NCBI GenBank assembly: GCA_964433975.1
Contig: CAYSSS010000001.1
Coordinates: 78,257 to 142,256 of the forward strand
Direction: 5' to 3'
Source: an uncultured Planctomycetia bacterium
Lineage (GTDB): Bacteria > Omnitrophota > Gorgyraeia > 2-01-FULL-45-10
Length of the DNA: 64,000 nucleotides
Shown: piece after piece, positions 46,278-55,745 of the stretch
Position numbering within the stretch: the first letter of the stretch is position 1
Layout of the letters: each line of letters opens with the position of its first letter
Made by a program: the position numbers and the translations under genes
Notes under the pieces: generated by a model
What the model saw: only the letters and a program-made list of their open reading frames with translations
Databases searched by the model: none
Told to the model about the DNA's origin: nothing

Positions 46278-47201
46278 ATGAAGTCTCTTTGCGGAGAAAA
46301 TATACTCATAAGCACCTCTTCATTTGCCGCTTCTGACAAAGGGCCGCTGGAGATGCTTAAAGAGGCGGGCTGTGAAGTGATAAACAACCCCTATAAACGA
46401 AAGCTTACAAAGCCCGAGTTAACCGAGTTATTATCGAATAGTGTAACGGGCCTGATAGCAGGATTAGAAATTTTAGACAAAGAGGTGCTGTCTAAGTCTA
46501 AATTAAAGATTATATCCAGATGCGGTTCCGGGTTGTCTAATGTAGATATTGAGGCCGCCAAGGAACTGGGGATCATTGTATGTTCGACTCCGGATGCTCC
46601 GGTGGATTCAGTTGCCGAGCTTACGCTGGCAGCCATGCTGAGCCTTTTAAGAGCGATGCCCGCCATGGACAGAGAGCTTCATGATGGCAGATGGACCAAG
46701 CGAACAGGTCTTTTACTGGAAGGTAAAACCGTGGCGATCATAGGCTTTGGGCGTATCGGTAAAAAGTTGAGTCAGCTATTAGCGCCTTTTAAGGTCAGGC
46801 TATTGGTAGTAGATCCGTCTATAAAGAGCGGAGATGTTAAAACGGTTACTGTATCGCTTGAAAAAGCATTGTCAGAAGCCGATATTATCAGCATACATTC
46901 CAGCGGTAATGCTTGCCTGATGGGCGAAAGCGAATTGCGGAAAATAAAAAAAGGCGCATTTATTCTTAACGCGGCACGTGGTGGAGCTATAAATGAAGAC
47001 GCCCTCGTAAAGGCGCTGGAAGAAAAACGCGTTGCCGGGGCATGGCTTGACGTATTTGAAGAAGAGCCGTATATGGGGCCGCTGACAAAATATCCTCAAG
47101 TCATACTTACACCGCACGCGGGTTCGTACACGGTTGAGTGCAGAAAGCAGATGGAGATGGAAGCGGTCAAAAACCTTATCGGGGCTTTAAGGAAATATTA
47201 A
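46278..47201 (+). CDS. D-isomer-specific 2-hydroxyacid dehydrogenase (NAD-binding).
   Basis: GKTVAIIGFGRIGKKLSQLL NAD-binding motif and the catalytic R/E/H region ...ARGG...TPHAGSYT. Confidence 0.8.
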   Translation: MKSLCGENILISTSSFAASDKGPLEMLKEAGCEVINNPYKRKLTKPELTELLSNSVTGLIAGLEILDKEVLSKSKLKIISRCGSGLSNVDIEAAKELGIIVCSTPDAPVDSVAELTLAAMLSLLRAMPAMDRELHDGRWTKRTGLLLEGKTVAIIGFGRIGKKLSQLLAPFKVRLLVVDPSIKSGDVKTVTVSLEKALSEADIISIHSSGNACLMGESELRKIKKGAFILNAARGGAINEDALVKALEEKRVAGAWLDVFEEEPYMGPLTKYPQVILTPHAGSYTVECRKQMEMEAVKNLIGALRKY

Positions 47202-47968
47202 TGGCCAGGGAAATGCGTGAGTTAGAGAAATTGTTATTTGTTGCTGAAAAAGCGGCATGCCGCGCCGGCGCGTTCTTATCCCGGACGAAAATAAAAGATA
47301 ATAAAATACTGACCGATCTTGGAAAAGACGTAAAGATTTCCGCTGATCTACATTCGGAAAAGATCATCATAAATATGTTAAGAGCTAAATCTGAATTTGA
47401 TATTCTTACGGAGGAGAGCGGGTTTCTGCCGGGAGCTTCCGGAAAGCATTTACTTTGGATCGTTGACCCGATTGACGGAACGATGAATTTTTTACGCGGG
47501 ATCCCGATAAACTGCGTTTCTATAGGGCTATGGAGAGGCAATGAGCCTTTGCTCGGGGTAATTTATGACTTCAATAAAAATGAACTTTTTTCCGGCATAG
47601 CCCGTAAAATCGCGTACTTGAACAAAAAACGTATAAAAGTGAGCGCTCTTTCCAAAGAAGCCAGCGCCGTACTTTGCACGGGTTTTCCGGTAAATACAGA
47701 TTTTTCATCGAGAGGGCTATTAAGATTTACAAAGCAAATCCAAAACTATAAAAAGGTCCGGCTGATCGGGTCCGCTGCTTTGTCGCTCGCCTATGTTGCG
47801 GCGGGTAGAGCTGATGTTTATCGTGAAAACAATATAATGCTCTGGGATGTTGCCGCCGGCGCAGCAATTATTACCGGGGCCGGCGGAAATGTTCAGATGC
47901 TGCCTTTGGCAAAAGAAAATGCTTTTTCGGTATACGCTTCTAATAGGCGGTTATTCAGGCAGAGGTAA
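47201..47968 (+). CDS. Inositol-monophosphatase-family sugar phosphatase.
   Basis: WIVDPIDGTMNFLRGIP and ...WD.AAG motifs. The start was moved to the ATG at 47201, which overlaps the upstream stop (TAATG). Confidence 0.75.
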   Translation: MAREMRELEKLLFVAEKAACRAGAFLSRTKIKDNKILTDLGKDVKISADLHSEKIIINMLRAKSEFDILTEESGFLPGASGKHLLWIVDPIDGTMNFLRGIPINCVSIGLWRGNEPLLGVIYDFNKNELFSGIARKIAYLNKKRIKVSALSKEASAVLCTGFPVNTDFSSRGLLRFTKQIQNYKKVRLIGSAALSLAYVAAGRADVYRENNIMLWDVAAGAAIITGAGGNVQMLPLAKENAFSVYASNRRLFRQR

Positions 47969-47971
47969 AGA

Positions 47972-48766
47972 ATGGTCGTTCAAAGGGAACTGTATAAAAA
48001 GATAGAATCGAATACAAAGAAATCCTGGGAGCTCAACTGGAGCAGGGTGGACCAGAAGTCCATTACCGAAATATTTGATTACCCGAGGGTCAGAAAGCTC
48101 GCGGCGGACTATCTTAGATATCTGCCCAGAGAGGGGATCGCTCTGGAGGCAGGTTGCGGGCTGGGGCAATGGATGGAATATTTTCGCTCCAATGGTTACA
48201 ACATGGTAGGAGTGGATTACAATGAAGCTACTATCTTTCAGGCGAAGAGTTATGGTGCCGGCCTCTCTTTGGCTACCGCCGATGTGAGGGCATTGCCGTT
48301 TAAGAACGAAAGTGTTGATACGTATATCTCCTTTGGAGTGATCGAGCATTTTATAGAAGGCCCTGAGGTGGCGTTAAGCGAGGCGTACAGGGTGCTGAAA
48401 AAAGGCGGGACAGCACTTATAACGGTCCCCCACAGAAACATCTTCACCGTTATCAAAAGTCCGGTAGAGTGGCTGAAGAGATCTTCTCTTTTAAGAAGGA
48501 TCTTTTCAAAAGAAAAAAGGATATATTATTATCAGAAATATTTTGAGCCGAAGAGATTGATGGCAAAATTCCGGGATGCGGGGTATGAGGTAATGCTACA
48601 TAAGCCGGTAGACCACACATTCTCTTTGGTGGAATTTTCAGGTATCTTCAGGGATAAAAAGACGTATGACGGTGAAAATGCTTTTGCTGTAAAGTTAGGT
48701 GGCGTGCTGGAAAAATTTTTCCCGCATATGTGCGCCGGAAGTAACTTATTTGTCCTTAAAAAGTAG
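47972..48766 (+). CDS. Class I SAM-dependent methyltransferase.
   Basis: LEAGCGLGQWMEYF (motif I), ...VDTYISFGVIEHF (motif II) and LKKGGTALITVP (motif III). Confidence 0.75.
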   Translation: MVVQRELYKKIESNTKKSWELNWSRVDQKSITEIFDYPRVRKLAADYLRYLPREGIALEAGCGLGQWMEYFRSNGYNMVGVDYNEATIFQAKSYGAGLSLATADVRALPFKNESVDTYISFGVIEHFIEGPEVALSEAYRVLKKGGTALITVPHRNIFTVIKSPVEWLKRSSLLRRIFSKEKRIYYYQKYFEPKRLMAKFRDAGYEVMLHKPVDHTFSLVEFSGIFRDKKTYDGENAFAVKLGGVLEKFFPHMCAGSNLFVLKK

Positions 48767-48790
48767 GAACGCTAAATAAAGAGGTGAGAA

Positions 48791-49738
48791 ATGAGATTAA
48801 TAGTCCAGATACCCTGTTATAACGAGGAAAAGACATTGCCGCTTGTTTTGAATAGCATACCCAGAAAGATAAACGGCATAGATGACGTAAAGATCCTGGT
48901 AATAAACGACGGGAGCAGTGACAAGACCGTAGAGGTGGCGAAGAAGTTGGGAGTCGACCATATAGTAGATATGCCTTTTCACCGGGGTTTAGCCGAGGCG
49001 TTCAGGAAGGGTCTCGATAAAAGTCTGGAATTGGGGGCCGATATCATAGTGAATACTGATGGGGATAATCAGTATAAAGGAGAGGACATACCGCGGCTGG
49101 TAGAGCCTATCCTCAATAAAAGAGCCGAGATAGTTATAGGGTGCAGAGATATCTTCGCGATCTCCCACTTCTCTGTTTTAAAGAAGCTGCTTCAGGGAGT
49201 GGGTAGCTATATCGTAAGGAAATTTTCCAACACCGCGATACCCGACACTACAAGTGGTTTCAGGGCCTACTCCAGGGACGCCGCGCTGCGCCTGAATATC
49301 TTTTCAGCCTACACGTATACCCTTGAAACTATTATACAGGCGGGGAGAAAAGAGATCCCGTTAGCGCATATCGACATCAAGACAAACGAAAAGACGAGAG
49401 AGTCCAGACTGATAAAGAGCATAACATCCTATATCAGAAGGTCAATAGCGACTATCTTGCGCATATATCTCATGTATGAGCCGATGAAGTTCTTTGTAAA
49501 GATAGGATCGGTCTTTTTAGCGCTCGCGGCAATATTAGGCGGGCGCTATGTCTATTTCTTTTTCTTTGGCGCGAAGCGAGGCGGACATGTACAATCGCTT
49601 ATCCTGGCGATCATCCTGACCATAATAGGCGCTCAGCTGGTCTTTACCGGATTTTTGGCGGACATAATAGCCGCTAACAGGAAACTGGCGGAAGAGAACC
49701 TGTACAGGCAGAGGAAGGAGCAGCTTAAGGTAAAATAG
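48791..49738 (+). CDS. GT2 polyprenyl-phosphate sugar synthase with C-terminal TM helices (GtrB/ArnC/DPMS-like).
   Basis: IVQIPCYNEEKTL and VINDGSSDKT motifs. The C-terminal 90 aa contain two hydrophobic helices, as in GtrB. Confidence 0.8.
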   Translation: MRLIVQIPCYNEEKTLPLVLNSIPRKINGIDDVKILVINDGSSDKTVEVAKKLGVDHIVDMPFHRGLAEAFRKGLDKSLELGADIIVNTDGDNQYKGEDIPRLVEPILNKRAEIVIGCRDIFAISHFSVLKKLLQGVGSYIVRKFSNTAIPDTTSGFRAYSRDAALRLNIFSAYTYTLETIIQAGRKEIPLAHIDIKTNEKTRESRLIKSITSYIRRSIATILRIYLMYEPMKFFVKIGSVFLALAAILGGRYVYFFFFGAKRGGHVQSLILAIILTIIGAQLVFTGFLADIIAANRKLAEENLYRQRKEQLKVK

Positions 49739-49746
49739 AGCCCATC

Positions 49747-50853
49747 ATGAAAATTTTATATATAACACGCAAATTCCCCCCCACTATAGGCGGGATGCAG
49801 ACCCAAAGCAGGCAATTTTACGAAAATATCAGTAAGCGTAATGATGTTTTTCTGATAGCCTGGGGCCATTCTCAATTTTTTCTGCCGTTTTTCATTATTT
49901 ACGCTTTTGTAAGGGCGGCCATAATATTATCAACAAAAGATGTCGAGATAATTCAGCTGGGGGACTTTGTACTCTCGCCCCTGGGGTCATTGCTGAAAAC
50001 TTTATTCAAAAAACCTGTTCTGACCATATCACACGGCAGGGACTCTGTTTACACTAGTCCGTTTTATGATCATTTCATACTGGGCTCCGCAAAAAAACTG
50101 GACAGGGTCATATGTGTAAGCCGCAATAACATGAAGACGCTTGCCTCCAGGGGCATCCCGGAAGATAAGCTGAGAGTTATACCTAACGGGATAAACTTAG
50201 GTGATGCAAACATCAATGATCTAAATAGAGAGCAGTCTCTCGATCTGATAGAAAAAAGATTCGGTATCAATTTGAGGGAGAAGAATAATATTCTTTCGGT
50301 ATCCCGGCTCGTTCCCAAGAAGGGCATAAGGGAGTTCGTAGAAGACGTGCTGCCTTCGATCAGCAAAAGAGTGGATAACGCGTGCTTTGTGATAGCGGGC
50401 GACGGATGCGAAAAGGAGAGGATCTATCAGGCGGTGAACAGGCTCAATCTTAAGGATAGGGTCTATCTGCTGGGAAACGTTGAGCACGGTTCTGCCATAT
50501 ACAGAGCGTTATTTTCGGTGAGTAATGTATTCGTTATGCCGAACATACGGGTCAGTGATGACGCCGAGGGTTTCGGTGTAGTGGCGTTGGAGGCGGCTGT
50601 CAACAAAACGCCTCTTGTCGCTTATGATGTAGATGGCATAAGCGAGGCGGTGCACGACAAAGAGAACGGCATCCTGATCAAAGAAAAGAACGCGGAGCTT
50701 TTTTCGGACGCCGTGTGCGGTTTTTTAAAAGACAGCGTATTGCGCCAGAATTTTACGAACAGGGCAAGAGAATATGTCGCAAAAAAATTCTCCTGGGATC
50801 GCATCATAGGCATGTATGAAGAGGAATACCTTCAGCTTTTAAAAAGAGGATGA
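49747..50853 (+). CDS. GT4-family glycosyltransferase (GT-B fold).
   Basis: N-terminus KILYITRKFPPTIGGMQT. The C-terminal EX7E region is EGFGVVALEAAVNKTPLVAYDVDGISEAV. Confidence 0.8.
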   Translation: MKILYITRKFPPTIGGMQTQSRQFYENISKRNDVFLIAWGHSQFFLPFFIIYAFVRAAIILSTKDVEIIQLGDFVLSPLGSLLKTLFKKPVLTISHGRDSVYTSPFYDHFILGSAKKLDRVICVSRNNMKTLASRGIPEDKLRVIPNGINLGDANINDLNREQSLDLIEKRFGINLREKNNILSVSRLVPKKGIREFVEDVLPSISKRVDNACFVIAGDGCEKERIYQAVNRLNLKDRVYLLGNVEHGSAIYRALFSVSNVFVMPNIRVSDDAEGFGVVALEAAVNKTPLVAYDVDGISEAVHDKENGILIKEKNAELFSDAVCGFLKDSVLRQNFTNRAREYVAKKFSWDRIIGMYEEEYLQLLKRG

Positions 50854-50856
50854 TAT

Positions 50857-51543
50857 ATGGCCGGGACCGCATATACGAAGACTACCGAAAAGAACAAAGA
50901 GTTCTATAACAAGCTTTATAAAAAGTCCAGAGTCAAGAGGGCGTATTTTGGGGAATTGAAGTACTTCCTCGACATGGCGGGCGACACAATGGGTAAGGTC
51001 GTAGTATCGATAGGGAACGGAGATAACGAGCCTCTATTTCAGAAGCAGATAGTTTCCGATATATCTTTGGAGGGCATGAGGAATGTGCGATCCGGGCCCA
51101 AGTGCGTTATTGACGCGCACAACATGCCCTTTAAGCAGGATTCGGTAGACCTTATTTACGGTTGGCAGGTTGCCCATCACCTGGATGTTAACAGGTTCCT
51201 CGCGCAGTTGAAATATGTGCTTAAGGCCGGCGGCAAGGCTATCTTTGTGGATAATGCCTACTCTCCGCAATGGAGGTACTTAAGAAAGCTGTTACCCAAA
51301 AGTAAAGTAGACCCCAAAGAGGATCTCGGAGAAGAGTACCTGTCCGAGAAGGCCGGTGAATACGGTTTTTCGCATTTCAGTTCGAAGAGGTTCAATTTTT
51401 TCGCGTATCTCGTGAATAAATTAATGAGAAACGCAGGCCTGAATGTAAAGCTGGATTTTCTTGAGCATCTGGACAATTATTGTTCCAGATGGAAAATATT
51501 CCGGGATAACCTGAGGAATATGGTATGGAGCCTGGAAAAATGA
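50857..51543 (+). CDS. Probable class I SAM-dependent methyltransferase (degenerate motif I).
   Basis: Motif-II-like DAHNMPFKQDSVDLIYGWQVAHHL and motif-III-like LKAGGKAIFVDN. Motif I is atypical (VVVSIGNGD). Confidence 0.4.
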   Translation: MAGTAYTKTTEKNKEFYNKLYKKSRVKRAYFGELKYFLDMAGDTMGKVVVSIGNGDNEPLFQKQIVSDISLEGMRNVRSGPKCVIDAHNMPFKQDSVDLIYGWQVAHHLDVNRFLAQLKYVLKAGGKAIFVDNAYSPQWRYLRKLLPKSKVDPKEDLGEEYLSEKAGEYGFSHFSSKRFNFFAYLVNKLMRNAGLNVKLDFLEHLDNYCSRWKIFRDNLRNMVWSLEK

Positions 51544-51559
51544 GAGGCAGTCTACCGCT

Positions 51560-52684
51560 ATGAGGATATTTTCTGTTACAATGGCGCCGATAAGCCCTCC
51601 TTATGACGACGGGCCGAAGAATATTGTGATGGCGCTGGCGAAAAAACTGCCCATGCACGATTATTATTTTGTTTCATCGCGCAAACGAAGCTTTCCGCAC
51701 ACAGCTAATACCATATTTATCAAATCCCCTTTTCAAAGAACAGGGCGGCACAGCATGGCGTTATTTCAAAAAATTTATATATTCTTCCTGACCGTTCTTT
51801 ACAAGAGCAGGATGGACCTCTTCCAGTTCTTCTTTACGCCGCAGCCATATTTTTCGTTTATCTTCAGAAGGCTCCTAAAGAATAAGAGGTCAATACAGAT
51901 AGTCTCATCGATACATACATTATTGGAAAAAAATGGAGAGGACGCGATCGGCTCTCTCTTCTTTTCGGATTATGTAGTGGTGCATTCCGAATATGCCAGG
52001 CAAAAACTTGCCGAAAAGAATGTAAAGAATATAGTAAAGATCTATCCGGCCATAGAAGAAGAGCGTTTTAACGGCGTAACGGCGCCGGATTCCTGCGGAG
52101 AGGTAAGAATAGTATACCCGGGGACATATAAAGTGCTGGCCGATGCTTATTCGCTGGGGGATTTCTGTAAAATAGCTCTGCGCGTGAAAGACGAGGTAAG
52201 CAACGCGAGGTTTGTTATGGCCTGCCGGATAAGGACAAGGGAAGACTCAGGTCTTGAGAAGAGATTCAAGTCGCTGGTAAGAGAATGCGGTCTTGAGAGA
52301 TCGTTTACTTTTCTTAATACCATAGACGAGATGCCGTCATTTTTAAAAGGATGCTCCATTGGTATAATGCCGGCCAGGCGTCCGATGAGCGGTATACTGG
52401 AGATTCCACTCGTTCTGCTCGAACTCGCGATCCTCGGTAAGCCGGTAGTCTACGGGAACGTTCCGCCGCTTGGGGAACTTGACAGCAGGGGGCTGGGCAT
52501 AATGGTATCCGATGATTCGTGCGAATCTTACGCTAAAGCGATTATAAAGTGCGTCAACGACGGCGGTTATGCTTCGATGGTTGGCGAAAGGTCAAGGAAT
52601 GCCGTAAGGGTGGATTTCACAATAGATATCGCCGCAGGCGAGTATCAACGATTATATAAAGTACTTCAGGATAAAGATGAATAG
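51560..52684 (+). CDS. GT4-like glycosyltransferase (GT-B fold).
   Basis: The C-terminal region GIMPARRPMSGILEIPLVLLELAILGKPVVYGNV...GIMVSDDS resembles the GT4 donor-binding domain. Confidence 0.55.
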   Translation: MRIFSVTMAPISPPYDDGPKNIVMALAKKLPMHDYYFVSSRKRSFPHTANTIFIKSPFQRTGRHSMALFQKIYIFFLTVLYKSRMDLFQFFFTPQPYFSFIFRRLLKNKRSIQIVSSIHTLLEKNGEDAIGSLFFSDYVVVHSEYARQKLAEKNVKNIVKIYPAIEEERFNGVTAPDSCGEVRIVYPGTYKVLADAYSLGDFCKIALRVKDEVSNARFVMACRIRTREDSGLEKRFKSLVRECGLERSFTFLNTIDEMPSFLKGCSIGIMPARRPMSGILEIPLVLLELAILGKPVVYGNVPPLGELDSRGLGIMVSDDSCESYAKAIIKCVNDGGYASMVGERSRNAVRVDFTIDIAAGEYQRLYKVLQDKDE

Positions 52685-54179
52685 CGATCAAAGAGTACGT
52701 CTGATAACGCACGACTCCTATCCGCCGGATGCCAGGACTAAAAGAGCGCTCTCCGGAATGGCCGATGTGGAGGGCGTGGTAAAACCCATTGTGGCCCTTC
52801 CCGACATTCATTTTAAGCACTCGTACCACACGCCGACGGGCGTCGTTGTAATGACAAGAGACAGAATAATACCGAAATTTGTCAACGCAAATTGCGGCAT
52901 GTCTTTTATTAAAACGCCATTCTTCGAGCGCGATATAAACAACGATACCCTGGACACGATATTCAATCACTTGCGAAATAATATAGCGGTCTCTGCCAGG
53001 AGTGCGCCTATTATCAGCAGTTCCGATCTTAAAGATATAGTAAGAAGAGGCGCAGAGTGGTCTATTGAAAAGTACGGACTCTCTCCCGACGACCTTGGCA
53101 GTTTTGAAAATAACGGCTCACTCTTAAAGGATGACACAAGAAGCATAGACGAGATCATGTCATATATACCCCAGGCCTGTCAGCAGATGGGGCTGTTGAG
53201 TTGGGGGGTCTTGGGATACGGCAATCATTTTGTGGAGCTTCATGTTGTGGAAGAGATAGTTAATGCCGAGATAGCGCAACAATTCAATATATCAAAAGGT
53301 CAGATCTGTTTTATGATCCACGGGGACTCACGCGCCTTCGGGCAGTCCATATTTGACTTTTACTCCGGCAAAGCGAAGAAGCTGTTCGGGCTGCAGCAGG
53401 TCTACAAGAAGCTGCACTATAAAATATTTTCTTCGCCGCACAGCTCACCAATAATGAAAAGTGTTCTCGATAAGCTTAATTATTATCTCAACAGGGCGAA
53501 GTCGACGGTCTATTGGAAGATGGATGGATGGAAGAAGAACGGACGCGCCTCCTTCGGCGGCTTTGACGCCCAGAGCGAGGAGGGGGTGGCTTATCTGACG
53601 AGCACTTACTCGGCCATAGATTACGGTTATGCTAACAGGGCCTACATGGCCTCCATAATCCGGGACTCCTTAAAACATGCGTTCAAAGATGATTCGGCAG
53701 AGGTGAATATTCTGTACGACGGGAACCACGATGCCCTGCAGAAGGAGGTCGTTGATGGCGTTGAATTCTATGCGCACAGGAACGGAGCGAGCAGGGCATT
53801 GCCTGCCGGTTATTTTAAGGACCATCCCGTATTTTCACAGACCGGACAGCCGATATTACTGCCAAGCTCTCTGGGAAGCCCCTCTTTTTTATGCGCCGTT
53901 ACAAAGGGATGCAAGGACTCCTATTACTCCTCCTGCCACGGTACGGGCAGGATAGTGGACAGGGGCCAGGCGAGGCAGCTCTTCACGGCAAAAGATATAT
54001 TCGAGGATATGAAGAGCAAGAATGTCAGGATATACGATTATGGAAAAGGCAACGCGTCGGAAGAGGCGCCCGGCGCTTTTAAGGACGTGGAAAAGATCCT
54101 CGAGTCTGTGATAAAGCACGGGATCGCGGAGCCGGTGGCAAGGTTAAAGCCTCTGGCGTCCCTTAAAGGTTGGAGGTAA
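52677..54179 (+). CDS. Divergent RtcB-family protein (3'-phosphate/5'-hydroxyl nucleic acid ligase superfamily).
   Basis: The RtcB metal- and GTP-binding motifs are conserved: ALPDIH (as MPDVH), NCGM (as GCGM), GYGNHFVELH (as GTGNHFIE), HGDSRAFG (as HSGSRGIG), NHDALQKE (as HHNYVQKE) and SSCHGTGR (as SCSHGAGR). Length is 500 aa. Its start overlaps the upstream GT4 gene by 8 bp. Confidence 0.75.
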   Translation: MNSDQRVRLITHDSYPPDARTKRALSGMADVEGVVKPIVALPDIHFKHSYHTPTGVVVMTRDRIIPKFVNANCGMSFIKTPFFERDINNDTLDTIFNHLRNNIAVSARSAPIISSSDLKDIVRRGAEWSIEKYGLSPDDLGSFENNGSLLKDDTRSIDEIMSYIPQACQQMGLLSWGVLGYGNHFVELHVVEEIVNAEIAQQFNISKGQICFMIHGDSRAFGQSIFDFYSGKAKKLFGLQQVYKKLHYKIFSSPHSSPIMKSVLDKLNYYLNRAKSTVYWKMDGWKKNGRASFGGFDAQSEEGVAYLTSTYSAIDYGYANRAYMASIIRDSLKHAFKDDSAEVNILYDGNHDALQKEVVDGVEFYAHRNGASRALPAGYFKDHPVFSQTGQPILLPSSLGSPSFLCAVTKGCKDSYYSSCHGTGRIVDRGQARQLFTAKDIFEDMKSKNVRIYDYGKGNASEEAPGAFKDVEKILESVIKHGIAEPVARLKPLASLKGWR

Positions 54180-54180
54180 T

Positions 54181-54801
54181 TTGATAATAGCATTTTCCGG
54201 CATTGACGGCTCAGGCAAGACCACATACGCGGTCTCGGTGGTCGAATACATAAGGGGTAAGAGCCTGAAGGCCAGGTACAGGCACAATGTAAGAGATACT
54301 TTCTATCACCTGATCCTTCATAAGGGTATAGGAGGCGTTTCGGAATCATCCAGGGCGTCCATAGAAACGGCCTTAAGAAACAAAAAGAACAGGGCGTATT
54401 TTTCTTTTGCCGGGTCCATAAAAAAAATCCTCCTTCTTATGGACCTAATCTTCTTTAATATCAGGTACGGAAGCTACAAAGGGTCCAGGGCGAAGACGCT
54501 GGTTTGCGACAGGTATTTTTATGACGAAATCGTGCAGATGAGATATCTTGGCCTTTCGCGGGAAAAGTTCATCCGTTTTTATGAGAGCCTTATAATAAGT
54601 CCGGATACGCTATTCTTCGTAAAGAGCGATCCGATGGTCGCGTACGAAAGAAAGAGCGAGTACGACAAAGAATATTTTCTGAAAAAAACGGATCTCTATT
54701 CGGACGCGTATAAGACGATAGGACACGTGGAGATAGAAGACAGCGATCTTAAAGTTAATGAGCGCTCCATAAAGGCCAAGATCGACAGGGTGATATGTTA
54801 A
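54181..54801 (+). CDS. Thymidylate-kinase-like P-loop nucleotide/sugar kinase.
   Basis: Walker A IAFSGIDGSGKTTYA and a DRY motif (VCDRYFYDE), as in dTMP kinases. It has a TTG start immediately after the RtcB-like stop. Confidence 0.6.
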   Translation: MIIAFSGIDGSGKTTYAVSVVEYIRGKSLKARYRHNVRDTFYHLILHKGIGGVSESSRASIETALRNKKNRAYFSFAGSIKKILLLMDLIFFNIRYGSYKGSRAKTLVCDRYFYDEIVQMRYLGLSREKFIRFYESLIISPDTLFFVKSDPMVAYERKSEYDKEYFLKKTDLYSDAYKTIGHVEIEDSDLKVNERSIKAKIDRVIC

Positions 54802-55745
54802 ATATGACAAAAAAACGTTTTTTACAGAAATTGCTTATAGTGATCATTACGCTGGCGTTCGCCTTTTATATCAAAAAGAACTTTCATCATCTTAGGGATA
54901 CGGTCTCTATACGGCCTTCATTTCTTATATTCCTGGTCCTGCTGAATCTGCTGAATAAGCTATTTCTCGGTTTCAAGACACGCAGAATAATGGAGTCGTT
55001 CGGCATACGCCTTTCGTTCAAAGAATGGTTCGGCATGTCATGTGTAGGTAATTTTTATAATTATCTCGTACCAAAAAGCGGCACGGCGGTCTGCGGCGTA
55101 TATATGAAGAATAAGTATGGCCTTAACTATCATAAGTACCTTAGCGTGCTGATAACCACGGGATTGATCACGATATTTACTTCCGGGCTGGTAGGCCTGG
55201 TGGTCAGCCTATTTTTCCGCTTACCTCATTTTATGGACACGGTGATCTTTATGATATTGTTCACGGGCATGATCGCGGGGCCGTCCGCTCTCTTTCTCCT
55301 GCCGAGGATCAGGCTTCCCGAAAAAGGTCTCTTTATAAAAATAAATGAATTTTTCGAAGGGTGGGAGATATTGCGCAAGGATCTTAAGACAATTATAGCG
55401 ATCTCCATGGTAGATCTTCTGGTTCTGTTATCTGTGGCGGCGCGCTACTTTATCATATTCAAGATCTTCTCCTTGCCGATCGCTTTCGCGTCTTGTGTAC
55501 TGCTTTCACCGTTTAATATAATCACTCATTTCGCCACGATAATTCCGGGTGGTTACGGTATAAAAGAGGCTACGGTAGGGGCCGTCTCAACCTTGACCAA
55601 TATATCATTTGCGGCCGGGGCGCTGGCTACTCTTACCGACAGGGTGGTCATGATGGCGGTCGCATTTATTCTGGGCCCGATCTTCAGCTTTATCCTGCTA
55701 AAGCATAGTTTTAAAGATAACAAAGGGGGAGCGCTTCATGAATAA
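54795..55745 (+). CDS. Polytopic membrane protein, possibly flippase-like (UPF0104/MprF-TM-like).
   Basis: 316 aa with about 8 predicted TM helices and no catalytic motifs I recognise. Confidence 0.3.
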   Translation: MLNMTKKRFLQKLLIVIITLAFAFYIKKNFHHLRDTVSIRPSFLIFLVLLNLLNKLFLGFKTRRIMESFGIRLSFKEWFGMSCVGNFYNYLVPKSGTAVCGVYMKNKYGLNYHKYLSVLITTGLITIFTSGLVGLVVSLFFRLPHFMDTVIFMILFTGMIAGPSALFLLPRIRLPEKGLFIKINEFFEGWEILRKDLKTIIAISMVDLLVLLSVAARYFIIFKIFSLPIAFASCVLLSPFNIITHFATIIPGGYGIKEATVGAVSTLTNISFAAGALATLTDRVVMMAVAFILGPIFSFILLKHSFKDNKGGALHE

